A DNA stretch of 64,000 bases. Origin: Patescibacteria group bacterium (lineage in GTDB: Bacteria > Patescibacteriota > Microgenomatia > Levybacterales > GWA1-39-11). Made by a program: the position numbers and the translations under genes. The stretch spans positions 17,841-81,840 of the forward strand of contig DASZRG010000051.1 of NCBI GenBank assembly GCA_035549295.1. Direction: 5' to 3'. The notes beneath the pieces are model-generated. The model did no database searches. It had not been told where the DNA came from and saw nothing but the letters and a program-made list of their open reading frames with translations. Positions 10,277-19,949 of this stretch are shown here, piece after piece; the first letter of the stretch is position 1; each line of letters begins with the position of its first letter.

Positions 10277-12067
10277 CTAAATTAGCGTTAGGAGGAGCTG
10301 AGTATCTGCGTGGAGGATATTGTATGCGTCGTCGGCAATAACATGAGCTTTTTGCAACGCTAACAGTTCTTTATTTACTGCATTTAGCAAACTCTTCGCG
10401 GCTGTTTTTGTCTTGCCATTTTTTGATAAATTCTGCGCTGTCTTAATTTCAAGCAAAATACCAGCGCAGCTCAACGGCTTTATTTCTCCCACTTTGCAGA
10501 GAGAACTAATATCGTTAAGTGTCGTTTCGAAGTTTGTGTTTTGATTTTCCGAATCATTTCTAGCGTTATTTTTGTCAAATATTATCGAATAATTATCAGT
10601 ATCACTCGCACCAACAATCCCTGAAGACACAAATTTTTTGTGATAGCCGCTCGCGTCATAAGTTAGAACCGTCACGCTATAGTTGGTTACTGATGTAGAT
10701 GAAACATCAAGAGAATATTTTCCGCTGTCTGGCTTTGGAAGATAGATGAATGACGCAGGTTTACCATTGTCTCCGGTTCCGGTCGCAGGATTAGTTATTG
10801 GATATTCAGTAACCGGACTACCAATGGTGTTCCCAAGTGAATCCTTGAGTCCTACACTAACACCATCTTGAGTCATGACAACAACATACGAAAGATCTGA
10901 ATTAGCAGGAATAAATCTCCTCATCCCAAGATAAGAATCTGAGTAATCGGAAAGACTTGTCCTATTATAATAAGGGTCATTTATCAAAAATTTATTGTTT
11001 GAATCGATTCCTTTTGCTACAACGAAATGCCCAGGAACTTGGAGTATGTCTGGATGACCATCATTTATGTCTTGCGTTAAGAGTGAATCGTCTTGTCCAG
11101 CCTTTGCCAAGAACTCAAGAGCATCGAACAAAAATCCAGGATTTTGAAATTTAGCAAGTTTGCTTATGTTTGACAGCTCAACCCAGTTGATATATCCCGT
11201 TCCAATATATCCGTCTTTTGATGCATCAAGATGAGTGTCGTTTTGAAGATACTTATTAAGAGTTCCCGGTGTCAGACCTATACCATTTGGTAGCTTGTTA
11301 ATACCGTAGTAGTTGAAAACCATAACAGCAGATGTGAGCGAGCAACCCCACGTTGAGATATCTTTTGGCTTTGACCCTGCCCAGGAAGAAGCCGCATCGT
11401 AGATCAAACTCCCCCAAAGTGGATTGGTTTGTTTTAGAAGCGGAACATTCAAGTCCACACCGGGATCAATACTGTTCACGACAATATTGTCAAACCAAAC
11501 CTCCGTAGGGTACGCCGCCCCAGTACTAACGCGCACTCCGACTTTTTCGTGACCAGAAAAAACGTATGTTGGGTCTGTTACGTCAAATAATTGATTACCG
11601 TCAACCAAAACTTTAATATTCGGTCCATTAAGAATTAGCTTAAAATGGTAAACGGTTCCATTGCTTAAGAAAAACGGTATTGTCGGAACTGGAGTCGGCG
11701 CAGTAAAATGAGCACCCTCACCGTTAAAATGCACCTCGTACTGGCTTGCATTGTTAACCCATCTGAATGAAATGTTTTTATCAACACCCTGTATCGGTAA
11801 TATATCTAAATCAACTGTGTAATTAGGAGTTGTTATGTCTCCCGCAACTTCATCTACAATTGTACTCCCTGAACTAATAAGTGCCCCAAAACGATTACTT
11901 CCATCAATATTTGCGACTTGAAAAAGATTTGGCCCCTGAACTGTCGTCCACTGACTAGAATCACCGCTATCAAAATTGTCTTGAAAAATTACGGACGCGA
12001 AGGCTTTGGGAGAACTAAAAATCAAAAGGAGAGAAAGAGCAATAATAAAGATGACTATTCTCTTCAT
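10277..12067 (-). CDS. Secreted modular protein: ConA/DUF1080-like beta-sandwich plus C39-like cysteine peptidase
   Basis: Signal peptide (AFA), FQDNFD...WFDNIVV; LKQ..P.W, WGCSLTS, GHFVVA, INDPY (Q/C/H/D catalytic set). Confidence 0.7.
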   Translation of the reverse strand: MKRIVIFIIALSLLLIFSSPKAFASVIFQDNFDSGDSSQWTTVQGPNLFQVANIDGSNRFGALISSGSTIVDEVAGDITTPNYTVDLDILPIQGVDKNISFRWVNNASQYEVHFNGEGAHFTAPTPVPTIPFFLSNGTVYHFKLILNGPNIKVLVDGNQLFDVTDPTYVFSGHEKVGVRVSTGAAYPTEVWFDNIVVNSIDPGVDLNVPLLKQTNPLWGSLIYDAASSWAGSKPKDISTWGCSLTSAVMVFNYYGINKLPNGIGLTPGTLNKYLQNDTHLDASKDGYIGTGYINWVELSNISKLAKFQNPGFLFDALEFLAKAGQDDSLLTQDINDGHPDILQVPGHFVVAKGIDSNNKFLINDPYYNRTSLSDYSDSYLGMRRFIPANSDLSYVVVMTQDGVSVGLKDSLGNTIGSPVTEYPITNPATGTGDNGKPASFIYLPKPDSGKYSLDVSSTSVTNYSVTVLTYDASGYHKKFVSSGIVGASDTDNYSIIFDKNNARNDSENQNTNFETTLNDISSLCKVGEIKPLSCAGILLEIKTAQNLSKNGKTKTAAKSLLNAVNKELLALQKAHVIADDAYNILHADTQLLLTLI

Positions 12068-12165
12068 ATAAAATTATAGTATTTATAAAACAATTCCTTG
12101 TCAATAGCTGATAATCAACTGAGAAAATAATTGTTATAACTGATTCTAATTGCTAAAATGTCTGA

Positions 12166-12909
12166 ATGAATAAGGTATCTGACAGGAAAAGACTGCACGA
12201 AAAGTACCACAAGAAAACAAAAAAACAATTCAAGACAATTGAAAGCAATAATTTCACATATCGATTGCTTATTTCAGAATTAGAAAAATTGGTAAAAAAA
12301 GATATAAGAATATTGGATATAGGCTGCGGAGCTGGAACGTTAGATTTTTATATTGCTAATAAAGGGCCCAAAATATTAGGAATAGATATCTCTGATATAG
12401 CAATTAACTCATGCATTGAAACCGCAAAGCAACTTGGAATCAAAAATGCTGAATTTAAAAGAATTTATTTTCCACGCGAAAATGTAACGGGAAAATTTGA
12501 TTTAATCATTTTCACTGAAGTGATTGAGCATTTGGAAGATGATGTTTTAGCCTTACAAAAAATCAATAAGCTTTTAAACACCAACGGTAAACTCATTTTG
12601 TCAACTCCATCTAAAAACGCCCCGCTCAATAGACTTGGCTTAACAAAAAAATTTGACCTGGAAGTGGGCCATCTGAGGCGGTACACGGAAGAAGAACTAA
12701 CTCGAAAGTTAAAAAAGGAGGGGTTTAAAATTTTGAAAGTTAATAAAACAGAAGGGATAATAAGAAACTTTTTGTTTGTAAATCCTATTGCTGGAAAATT
12801 TGTTAGGTTTATAAAGTTTTTTGTTTCAGATGCTGTAACAATTGTTGATAACTTTACACTTCCTTTATTTGGAAACTCAAACTACATTATTATTGCAAAA
12901 AAACAGTAA
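12166..12909 (+). CDS. Class I SAM-dependent methyltransferase (UbiG-like)
   Basis: ILDIGCGAG, GIDIS, FDLIIFTEVIEHL, LSTP. Confidence 0.85.
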   Translation: MNKVSDRKRLHEKYHKKTKKQFKTIESNNFTYRLLISELEKLVKKDIRILDIGCGAGTLDFYIANKGPKILGIDISDIAINSCIETAKQLGIKNAEFKRIYFPRENVTGKFDLIIFTEVIEHLEDDVLALQKINKLLNTNGKLILSTPSKNAPLNRLGLTKKFDLEVGHLRRYTEEELTRKLKKEGFKILKVNKTEGIIRNFLFVNPIAGKFVRFIKFFVSDAVTIVDNFTLPLFGNSNYIIIAKKQ

Positions 12910-12924
12910 CAAAATTATACAAGC

Positions 12925-13995
12925 TTACCCAAATTTTTTCTTATCCTTCTGATAATGACGCAGGCGTATTGAGTGGCGGAAGTGGTCTACGGGATCTTCG
13001 ACAAGAACAAATAAGATCCATGAGAATAACAGAAATATTGCGATAGAGATTAAATTGAAATAATTTTTATTCATTTCCGGCAACATAACAGTTAAGACTG
13101 CAAGAATAGGGACGTGGGAAATATAAAGCGTGTATGAAAAATTTCCCAAGAGACTGTCCCACTTACTGCTTTTGAATTTAAGAAATATCAGCGGGATCGC
13201 AAGTGTTAATATTCCCAAAAAGAGTGCTCTGACCTCTCCCCCGACGTAATAGAAAAAGATGATAAATAAAACGACTAAAATAAGCGATGAGCCAGATACA
13301 ACTGATGGAATTTTAACTTTTTTACTCGACAAAAATGAATATATCTTGTAAGCAAGAATTCCAAGAACAAAATAAAAAAAGACCGCCGGAAAAAATGCGC
13401 CATTTACATAGGTGGTATTTCCTATATGAACTACAAAATAGTGGTATGCTGCAGTCCTTAAAAAGTGAGCTATGATCGCAAGGACTACAATTATTTTTGT
13501 GTCCCGTCTCGCAATAAGTGGTGCAAGGATATAAAAAATTAGCTCAAGTCCCAATGTCCATGATGGCCCAATAACAAGCGGATCAAAAGTTGCTCTCGGA
13601 AAAAAATAAACAGTATTTGGAATAAGAGTTATCACCCGAATAATATCTATTAAAACTTTTGAAAACAAATTTATCCCTGAAAGTGAATTATAACTATTAA
13701 AAAATAGACCCAGAGGATTTGCTGCAAAATTACTTCCCAAGAAAAGATATATAAAAAATGAAAGGAAAAGCATTGCCCAATAAACAGAATAAATTTTGAG
13801 AAAACGATTTATCAAAAACAATTTTGTCCCAGACTTTCCAACATACTTTTCATTTAGAATAAGTGTCATATAAAAGCCAGAGATAATATAGAAAGAAGTA
13901 ACGGGCAGATCACCACCCATTGGCCTGTAACCAAAAGTTATACCAATGTGTGCAAAGACGACGCAAAGAGCGAGAAGAAGCCTTAATAAGCCCAT
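12925..13995 (-). CDS. Acyltransferase family 3 (OafA-like)
   Basis: LRLLLALCVVFAH, FYIISGF, RFLKIY, WTLGLELIFY, LGNFSYTLYISH. Confidence 0.88.
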   Translation of the reverse strand: MGLLRLLLALCVVFAHIGITFGYRPMGGDLPVTSFYIISGFYMTLILNEKYVGKSGTKLFLINRFLKIYSVYWAMLFLSFFIYLFLGSNFAANPLGLFFNSYNSLSGINLFSKVLIDIIRVITLIPNTVYFFPRATFDPLVIGPSWTLGLELIFYILAPLIARRDTKIIVVLAIIAHFLRTAAYHYFVVHIGNTTYVNGAFFPAVFFYFVLGILAYKIYSFLSSKKVKIPSVVSGSSLILVVLFIIFFYYVGGEVRALFLGILTLAIPLIFLKFKSSKWDSLLGNFSYTLYISHVPILAVLTVMLPEMNKNYFNLISIAIFLLFSWILFVLVEDPVDHFRHSIRLRHYQKDKKKFG

Positions 13996-14033
13996 GAGGA
14001 ATTATATAATTATCTCAAAAAGATTTGTGAACA

Positions 14034-14690
14034 CTAAGCAAACTTAGACCAGTTGGCTTCGGTTTTGAGTTTATCTAGATTTTTGACCATAAAAAATCGC
14101 CCATCTTTTTCACACACTCCTATTTTTTCAAGTTTTTTAAGCTCAACGCTTGCTGTCTCGCGAGTGAGCCCAATAAGATTAGCTATATCTGAGTGAGTCA
14201 TCGGAACTCGAATTGTAATAGATTTTCCTTTCTGAATGCCAAAACGTTCCGCGCAGATAACGAGGATTGACGCAACTTTTTGATATGCATTACCAAAGAC
14301 TGAATATTCCATACGTTCAAGAAGTCCACCAAGCCTAGAAAGTACGTTATTGAGTATTTCATAAAGCGCCTCTGGATTCATATGTATAAAATCAGAAAAA
14401 TCCTCAAGCGGTGCTTTTGACAACTCAACAGGAGTCATGGCTTCAAAATAATATCTATGACGTTGTCCTGTAATAGCCCATCTTATAGGGAAAATATCAT
14501 GAGGTTTAACAATGATGAGCGTCAGTTCCTGACCTGACTCGGAAATAGAATATAGCCTCACATATCCCCTACGCACATAATAAATACCCGAGGGATTGTC
14601 ATCAGAGCGAAGAATAATCTGTCCCTTTTTATAATCAAGGGTTCTATATTGCGAAAAGAACGAATAAAGCTTATTCCCTCGGTCCTGCAC
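14034..14690 (-). CDS. Crp/Fnr-family transcriptional regulator
   Basis: cNMP-binding domain (IYYVRRGYVRLY) plus HTH THSDIANLIGLTRETASVEL. Confidence 0.92.
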   Translation of the reverse strand: MQDRGNKLYSFFSQYRTLDYKKGQIILRSDDNPSGIYYVRRGYVRLYSISESGQELTLIIVKPHDIFPIRWAITGQRHRYYFEAMTPVELSKAPLEDFSDFIHMNPEALYEILNNVLSRLGGLLERMEYSVFGNAYQKVASILVICAERFGIQKGKSITIRVPMTHSDIANLIGLTRETASVELKKLEKIGVCEKDGRFFMVKNLDKLKTEANWSKFA

Positions 14691-14719
14691 TATAGCCGGA
14701 TTATAGCACCAGCGTAAAT

Positions 14720-14804
14720 TGTTAGCAATCTTACAATTTTATTGTAAGATTCTTTACTGTATCCTTGTAATATATGTTACCGTGATCTTGTAATATTATT
14801 CACT
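14720..14804. promoter_or_regulatory. Four Crp-like operators TGTAA-N6-TTACA in 23-bp phase
   Basis: Sites start at 14720, 14743, 14766 and 14789 in the divergent promoter region of the crp-like gene. Confidence 0.7.
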
Positions 14805-14838
14805 GACCACCATCTAACCTACGTCTTACAATTCCCTT

Positions 14839-15528
14839 ATGAGCGCAAAAGAAAAACCATTCATCGAGGCGATCCAAAAAAAGTTTGTAACTCTTCCAGG
14901 AGAACAACTGATATTCGTAGAGCGCAAACACTGGTCAGCATTCGGGATACCTATCATTATCCTTGGATTCATGAGCACCGTAATACTTGCGGTCTTCTCG
15001 ACAGGATTTCAATTTTTCCAAAACTACATCATTCTGCTTCTTTCTGCTTTCTCTGTAATTTTCATCTTCATGGTAAGTCTCGCACTTCGATCAATTATCG
15101 ATTGGTACTTTAACGTGTATGTTGTGACCAGTAGAAAGATTATTGAAGTTTCTTACAGTCCTTTATCGTCACACACCATCAACCAAGTCTTACTCGACCA
15201 GGTACGATGCACTGAAATAGATACAAAAATAGAGGGGATACTCAACGATGTTCTGGACATCGGAAATGTTGTCATAACTTTTGACCGACCTACTCACCAA
15301 GAAGAATTTGCATTTGAATATGTTAAAAACCCTCGAGAAATTGAAAAATACCTACAAAGTACTGTATGCCACGATATGTTCACTAGAAATTCATTTGGAC
15401 AAGTCCAACAATTTGAGAAAAGAGATGATGTTGTAGCAATTTATAACAAAAGTCAAAAATCAGGGAAGTGGACTTACGTTGAAGATGCAGGCAATATGCT
15501 CGAGCATGGAGTCGCATGGAATATATAA
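14839..15528 (+). CDS. Membrane protein with bacterial PH (bPH_2-like) domain
   Basis: RKHW, 2 TM, WYFNVYVVTSRKII, GNVVI; paralog of 27292..27951. Confidence 0.65.
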   Translation: MSAKEKPFIEAIQKKFVTLPGEQLIFVERKHWSAFGIPIIILGFMSTVILAVFSTGFQFFQNYIILLLSAFSVIFIFMVSLALRSIIDWYFNVYVVTSRKIIEVSYSPLSSHTINQVLLDQVRCTEIDTKIEGILNDVLDIGNVVITFDRPTHQEEFAFEYVKNPREIEKYLQSTVCHDMFTRNSFGQVQQFEKRDDVVAIYNKSQKSGKWTYVEDAGNMLEHGVAWNI

Positions 15529-15755
15529 TTATGCAATACATAACGCTTACATCATCTTTTTTGCTATTTTCAATACTACTTTTCTTGACTGGCTATAACA
15601 CGCTTTATGCGCTAAGAACTAGAGGTGTCAATAAATATCTTGGAACAGAATTACCGAGTATTATAAAAAGGCTTTTTACTGCAACTATTTTCCTCTCGGG
15701 GATTGCAACTCTTGTTGCGCTGGTTGTCTTTATCAATTCGATTATCTCACTCTAA
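15516..15755 (+). CDS. Small 2-TM hypothetical protein
   Basis: Two hydrophobic helices; coupled to the upstream gene. Confidence 0.5.
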   Translation: MEYIIMQYITLTSSFLLFSILLFLTGYNTLYALRTRGVNKYLGTELPSIIKRLFTATIFLSGIATLVALVVFINSIISL

Positions 15756-15756
15756 A

Positions 15757-16179
15757 CTATCTATCTATTTTTCGATATACAAATTTTAGACCTGACCAAG
15801 TACCATCTATAGCTGCAACCTTCACATCAACTAACCCAGCTCTCAGTCCGATTTCCCGAATTATGTTTTCATCCAAATCACTTTTTACTCCAGAACTTTT
15901 CTTGGGCCAAGATATCCAAAGAGAGCCGTCTTTTTCTAGAATTAGTTTTAATCCAGAAAATATTTTCTCTAAAGAAGTATTGTCTTTTGTAAAAAAATGC
16001 ACATAATCAAACTTCTTAGATGTATGATCGATCATACTAATATCTCTCGATGAAATTTTTTTTGTTTGAGAAATGTTTAATTCCGAAATAAAACCTGCTG
16101 GAGCATCAATAAAAATAATTTCTGAATCAGATTTTATGCCAAGTTTTTTAATAAGAGGAGTCGCAGAATATCCTGACAT
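15757..16179 (-). CDS. DUF3052-family protein
   Basis: GYSATPLIKKLGIK, LWISWPKKSS, GLVDVKVAAIDGTWSGLKFV. Confidence 0.85.
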   Translation of the reverse strand: MSGYSATPLIKKLGIKSDSEIIFIDAPAGFISELNISQTKKISSRDISMIDHTSKKFDYVHFFTKDNTSLEKIFSGLKLILEKDGSLWISWPKKSSGVKSDLDENIIREIGLRAGLVDVKVAAIDGTWSGLKFVYRKIDR

Positions 16180-16181
16180 AT

Positions 16182-16709
16182 TTATGGTTTGTTAACTTCT
16201 ATTATTTTACCAATTTCATAGCTTCGTAGCTTTCGGCCTATTGTTGGCTCTGCATAACCTATATCTTTTGGACCATTCGCCACTCCGAAATTAACTCGCT
16301 TAAGAGGAATAAATTTTACACGCTTATAATCATCTATATTTGTAGTGTTGAATAGAATGTATGCATCAAGCCTTCTTCCATTATGCGTTAAAAACTCTTT
16401 CAGTCTTATCCATTTCGCACTTTGTTTATCTTCATATATTTCAGGATATATTATAAAAAAATCTTCAAATTTGGGTTTGTATTCATCTGTATTGAGCGGT
16501 CCATCATTGTCCGACTCGGGGTACCGATAAAATTTGAGGACCTCGCCAGTCTCTGCTGTACGACGAATTGTATAAGACTGAAAGCCTACCCCCAAAAATT
16601 TTGGGGATTTTTCCGCATTTTCGAGATTAACCATCCCCACCAAAGAAAGACCTCCCGTGAGAGCTAGTCCACCGCCAAGTCTTAAAAAATTTCGTCGCGA
16701 CGTCTCCAT
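16182..16709 (-). CDS. Hypothetical protein with twin-arginine-like N-terminus
   Basis: SRRNFL followed by a hydrophobic segment. Confidence 0.55.
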   Translation of the reverse strand: METSRRNFLRLGGGLALTGGLSLVGMVNLENAEKSPKFLGVGFQSYTIRRTAETGEVLKFYRYPESDNDGPLNTDEYKPKFEDFFIIYPEIYEDKQSAKWIRLKEFLTHNGRRLDAYILFNTTNIDDYKRVKFIPLKRVNFGVANGPKDIGYAEPTIGRKLRSYEIGKIIEVNKP

Positions 16710-16780
16710 TGCCTTCAGATTTTATCATAAGAGTTAAATCATAAAACAGATTTGCAAAGTAAATTTGCTATACTGGATAA

Positions 16781-17326
16781 GTGAATTGGAAATCTTGGAA
16801 ATACAAAAATTTAACTCTTCTTTTCCTCTCTTTTGCATTGTCCTTTTTCCTCGGAAGCTTTAAGCCGTTTCATGATTTTATTTTTGACGCCGGTCGAGAG
16901 ACAGCTATTTTTGCGGGAATAATTTTTATCTCAACCTTTACCGCTCCACTTGCCGCTGTGACACTTTTGGTTCTGGCCGAAAAATTTCCGCTAATACAAC
17001 TTTGGGGACTCGCATCATTTGCTGCAATCATCTCGGACTTTTTATTTTTCAATCTTGTTCGCGATGGTATCGCAAAAGAAATACAACCAATTTATGAAGA
17101 AGTTGCCGAGGGTCACATGCAACATGTTGTTAATACAAAGCACTTTCGATGGATGTTTCCAGCAATCGGAGCATTGATAATTCTCTCGCCCCTTCCAAGC
17201 TCAACTGGACTTCATCTGATGGGAATACCCAAGCTTAAGAGACGCCAATTTATCGCTCTTTCTGCTGCAGTCAATGTAGTAGGAATTGCCTTTATCATTC
17301 TTCTTTCGTTTATTATTAAGCCATAG
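16781..17326 (+). CDS. Polytopic membrane protein (VTT/DedA-like, uncertain)
   Basis: GIIFISTFTAPLA, GALIILSPLP; about 5 TM. Confidence 0.55.
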   Translation: MNWKSWKYKNLTLLFLSFALSFFLGSFKPFHDFIFDAGRETAIFAGIIFISTFTAPLAAVTLLVLAEKFPLIQLWGLASFAAIISDFLFFNLVRDGIAKEIQPIYEEVAEGHMQHVVNTKHFRWMFPAIGALIILSPLPSSTGLHLMGIPKLKRRQFIALSAAVNVVGIAFIILLSFIIKP

Positions 17327-17375
17327 AACCTCTTCCAGATTTATAAAACGAGGCTAATAGTGGTACAATCTAAGC

Positions 17376-19703
17376 ATGCCAGAGATCGAACCAGGCGGAG
17401 GGACTGCTGTTGCAGAACGTCCACGCACACCAGAAGTATCGCCACCCGCAACTGCTGCCGAAGCAACTCAACCAATTGTTGAAAAAAAATGGCCAGCGCC
17501 TCCGATTTCACTTGTTCACGACGAGTTAGTTAAGGCTATGGAAGACAATGACCTTCTAGCGCTCCAGGGCCATACAGGGTCCGGTAAATCACTTCTTGGT
17601 CCAACTTACTTCTTGGAAGCACTTAAAAACAATAAGCCTGATAAAAAAGTTACCATTCTAGTTACCGAACCAAGACAGCTTTTGGCAGAAGAGATCTCTC
17701 GCACTGTTGCAAGCATGAATAACACTGAGCATGGAGGGGATTTTGTTGGGTTTTACCATGGGGATGGAAGAAAAATGTCAGATAACACACAAATTGTTTA
17801 TACGGTTAATGCGTCTCTTCGCAATCGAATGCAAGAAGATTTGGCGCTTCCCGCGATTGATGGAGTATTTCTAGACGAAATCCATCTACGAGACGAGTAC
17901 CAAGAAGCAATATTAACTGGACTTGAAGAGGCTCAGAAAGAACGCGCGAAGCGCGGTTTGCCGCCACTAAAAATAGTGATCGCATCAGCGACAGTTGACC
18001 AAAAATATGTAGATTATTTTGGAAACGGAACTCTTATGGAAGTTCAGGGACAAAAAATGCATCATGTTGAAGAAAGATTTTTAGACCATGACGTGAGCCC
18101 CGAGGAAATGCCGATCGAAATGGCAAGAAGAATGGCCGAAAGCATGATAAATGGGACAACAACAGGAGACCGTCTAGGCTTCTTACCAGGTAAAAACGAA
18201 ATAAACGCCGCGATCGACGAATTCAACAGAACCATGCAAGAGAAAGGACTTGCTGACAAATATATATGCGCAGGTCTTACAGGAGGGGGAGGACCTGAAA
18301 ATAAAAAACTTACCGATTTGCTAGCAAACGATGATCCAAATCGCGAACCCGTAGCCGTCTTTTCAACTGACGTTGCTGAGGCGGGTGCAACATTCGCAAG
18401 ATTAACAGAAGTCTATGACTCAGGACTTAAAAGAGATAACGTCTATGATCACGCCTCAGGGATCGAAACCATACAAACACTGCCGCATTCGATGGAAAAT
18501 TACATCCAACGCCGAGGAAGACTCGGTCGCGTAATGGAGGGAATAATGACATATATGGGTCGAGAAGAAGAACTCAACGACAGAACAAAACATCCTGAAA
18601 AAGCAACCCCAGCGATAATCAAAGATGATTTAACATCGTTTTTACTTTCACTTAAGAGTATGAATATCAAAGACCCATACAAAACCAAGTATATGGATGA
18701 TCCTGGCAAGCACAAGTTAGATATGGCCGTTGGAACACTTAACTTACTTGGCGCAACTAATCCTGATGGATCACTAACTCGCGATGGACAGGAAATGGTA
18801 GAAATCCGAATGGACCCCCACTCGGCTCGCATGCTAGTTGAAGCAAAAAAATTAGGAGTCGAAGAACCTGCTGCGATACTTGCAGGATTCATGAACAACG
18901 AAAAGTCTGTTTTCATGCTCGAGCGAGGCGAAACATTACAGGAAAAATATGGAGAATTTATAGTACATGGGTCTGACTTTCTGACACTTCTAAGGGTATG
19001 GAATGCGTATGTTGATCAAGGCGCAAATCGTGGAAGAGCGCGCGCGTGGGCAAGACAAAAAGGATTAAATATTCGCGTACTCGAGAGTGTTGCCTCAGAT
19101 AAAAAGGACCTGGCAAGTAGCGCGTTATTTAAAGATACTGAAGTAAAACAAGAAAACAGAAAAATTGATATCGAGAAACATAAAGACGCGATACGAAAAT
19201 CAGTCTTAGCCGGACTATCAGATAGAATATTTTACAGACATAAAGAAGGCTATAGACTCAGGAACGGTACTAATACTAACGGCAGAATTGACTTCTCATC
19301 CGTTCTCTATCTTTCAGAGAAGAAGCCGGGTAGATTTATTTCTGCAAATATTCACGGCACAAGAAATGGTCTATCAGCAACACTGAACCAGGAAGTAACA
19401 ACAGATGAATACATGACGCTTCTTCCAAAACTTACGCAAATCGACAAGCTCAATGAAGATATTACGGGAATTAAAAATGAAAACGCTGAGGATGAGGCAA
19501 TGACTGACACAGCCAAAGCAGAGTCTACTCCTAAAAAGGCTGATACAAATGAGCAACAACCAACTATTAAGGCGCCTGACAAAAAACCCGAAGAGAAAAA
19601 AGAAGAAGTTAAAAAAGAAAAACTAATTATAAAAATTAGAACTCAAATTCAAAATACTTGGAATAAAATCTTGGAATTCCTACACCTGAAAGCTAAGAAA
19701 TAG
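17376..19703 (+). CDS. DEAH-box (HrpA/HrpB-like) RNA helicase with disordered termini
   Basis: GHTGSGKS, TEPRQ, DEIH, SAT, FLPG, STDVAEAGATF, QRRGRLGR, HA2 region. Confidence 0.88.
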   Translation: MPEIEPGGGTAVAERPRTPEVSPPATAAEATQPIVEKKWPAPPISLVHDELVKAMEDNDLLALQGHTGSGKSLLGPTYFLEALKNNKPDKKVTILVTEPRQLLAEEISRTVASMNNTEHGGDFVGFYHGDGRKMSDNTQIVYTVNASLRNRMQEDLALPAIDGVFLDEIHLRDEYQEAILTGLEEAQKERAKRGLPPLKIVIASATVDQKYVDYFGNGTLMEVQGQKMHHVEERFLDHDVSPEEMPIEMARRMAESMINGTTTGDRLGFLPGKNEINAAIDEFNRTMQEKGLADKYICAGLTGGGGPENKKLTDLLANDDPNREPVAVFSTDVAEAGATFARLTEVYDSGLKRDNVYDHASGIETIQTLPHSMENYIQRRGRLGRVMEGIMTYMGREEELNDRTKHPEKATPAIIKDDLTSFLLSLKSMNIKDPYKTKYMDDPGKHKLDMAVGTLNLLGATNPDGSLTRDGQEMVEIRMDPHSARMLVEAKKLGVEEPAAILAGFMNNEKSVFMLERGETLQEKYGEFIVHGSDFLTLLRVWNAYVDQGANRGRARAWARQKGLNIRVLESVASDKKDLASSALFKDTEVKQENRKIDIEKHKDAIRKSVLAGLSDRIFYRHKEGYRLRNGTNTNGRIDFSSVLYLSEKKPGRFISANIHGTRNGLSATLNQEVTTDEYMTLLPKLTQIDKLNEDITGIKNENAEDEAMTDTAKAESTPKKADTNEQQPTIKAPDKKPEEKKEEVKKEKLIIKIRTQIQNTWNKILEFLHLKAKK

Positions 19704-19721
19704 CTTTACTAAGTTACATAA

Positions 19722-19781
19722 CCGCTTTCGCTCTGGCGGACTTTGTCTCGCCGTAGACGAGCTTCAGCGAGTCGAAGGCGG
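19722..19781 (-). repeat. Palindromic element (stem-TTCG-hairpin-CTW-stem-..CAAG family) abutting the tRNA-Ser(UGA) 3' end
   Basis: Minus strand CCGCC TTCG ACTCGCTGAAGCTCGT CTA CGGCG AGACAAAG. Confidence 0.65.
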
Positions 19782-19865
19782 AGAGGGCGAGATTCGAACT
19801 CGCGGTGACATTGCTGCCACAAAGGTTTTCAAGACCTTCTCCATAGACCACTCGGACACCTCTCC
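19779..19865 (-). tRNA. tRNA-Ser(UGA)
   Basis: GGAGAGG/CCTCTCC acceptor, AAGGT-CT TGA AA-ACCTT anticodon arm, long variable arm, GTTCGAATC, G73. Confidence 0.95.
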
Positions 19866-19949
19866 AAACAGACTATAATTCTAACAAATTACTTGAAAAA
19901 ATACTACGACTTGAAATATAATAATGCATAGTGGCCTAGTTCACGAATC

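Noticed and set aside
19925-19945. GTGGCCTAGT upstream of the LAGLIDADG gene as the 5' half of an intron-split tRNA
   Set aside because: No matching acceptor stem, T-arm or group I intron core was found downstream
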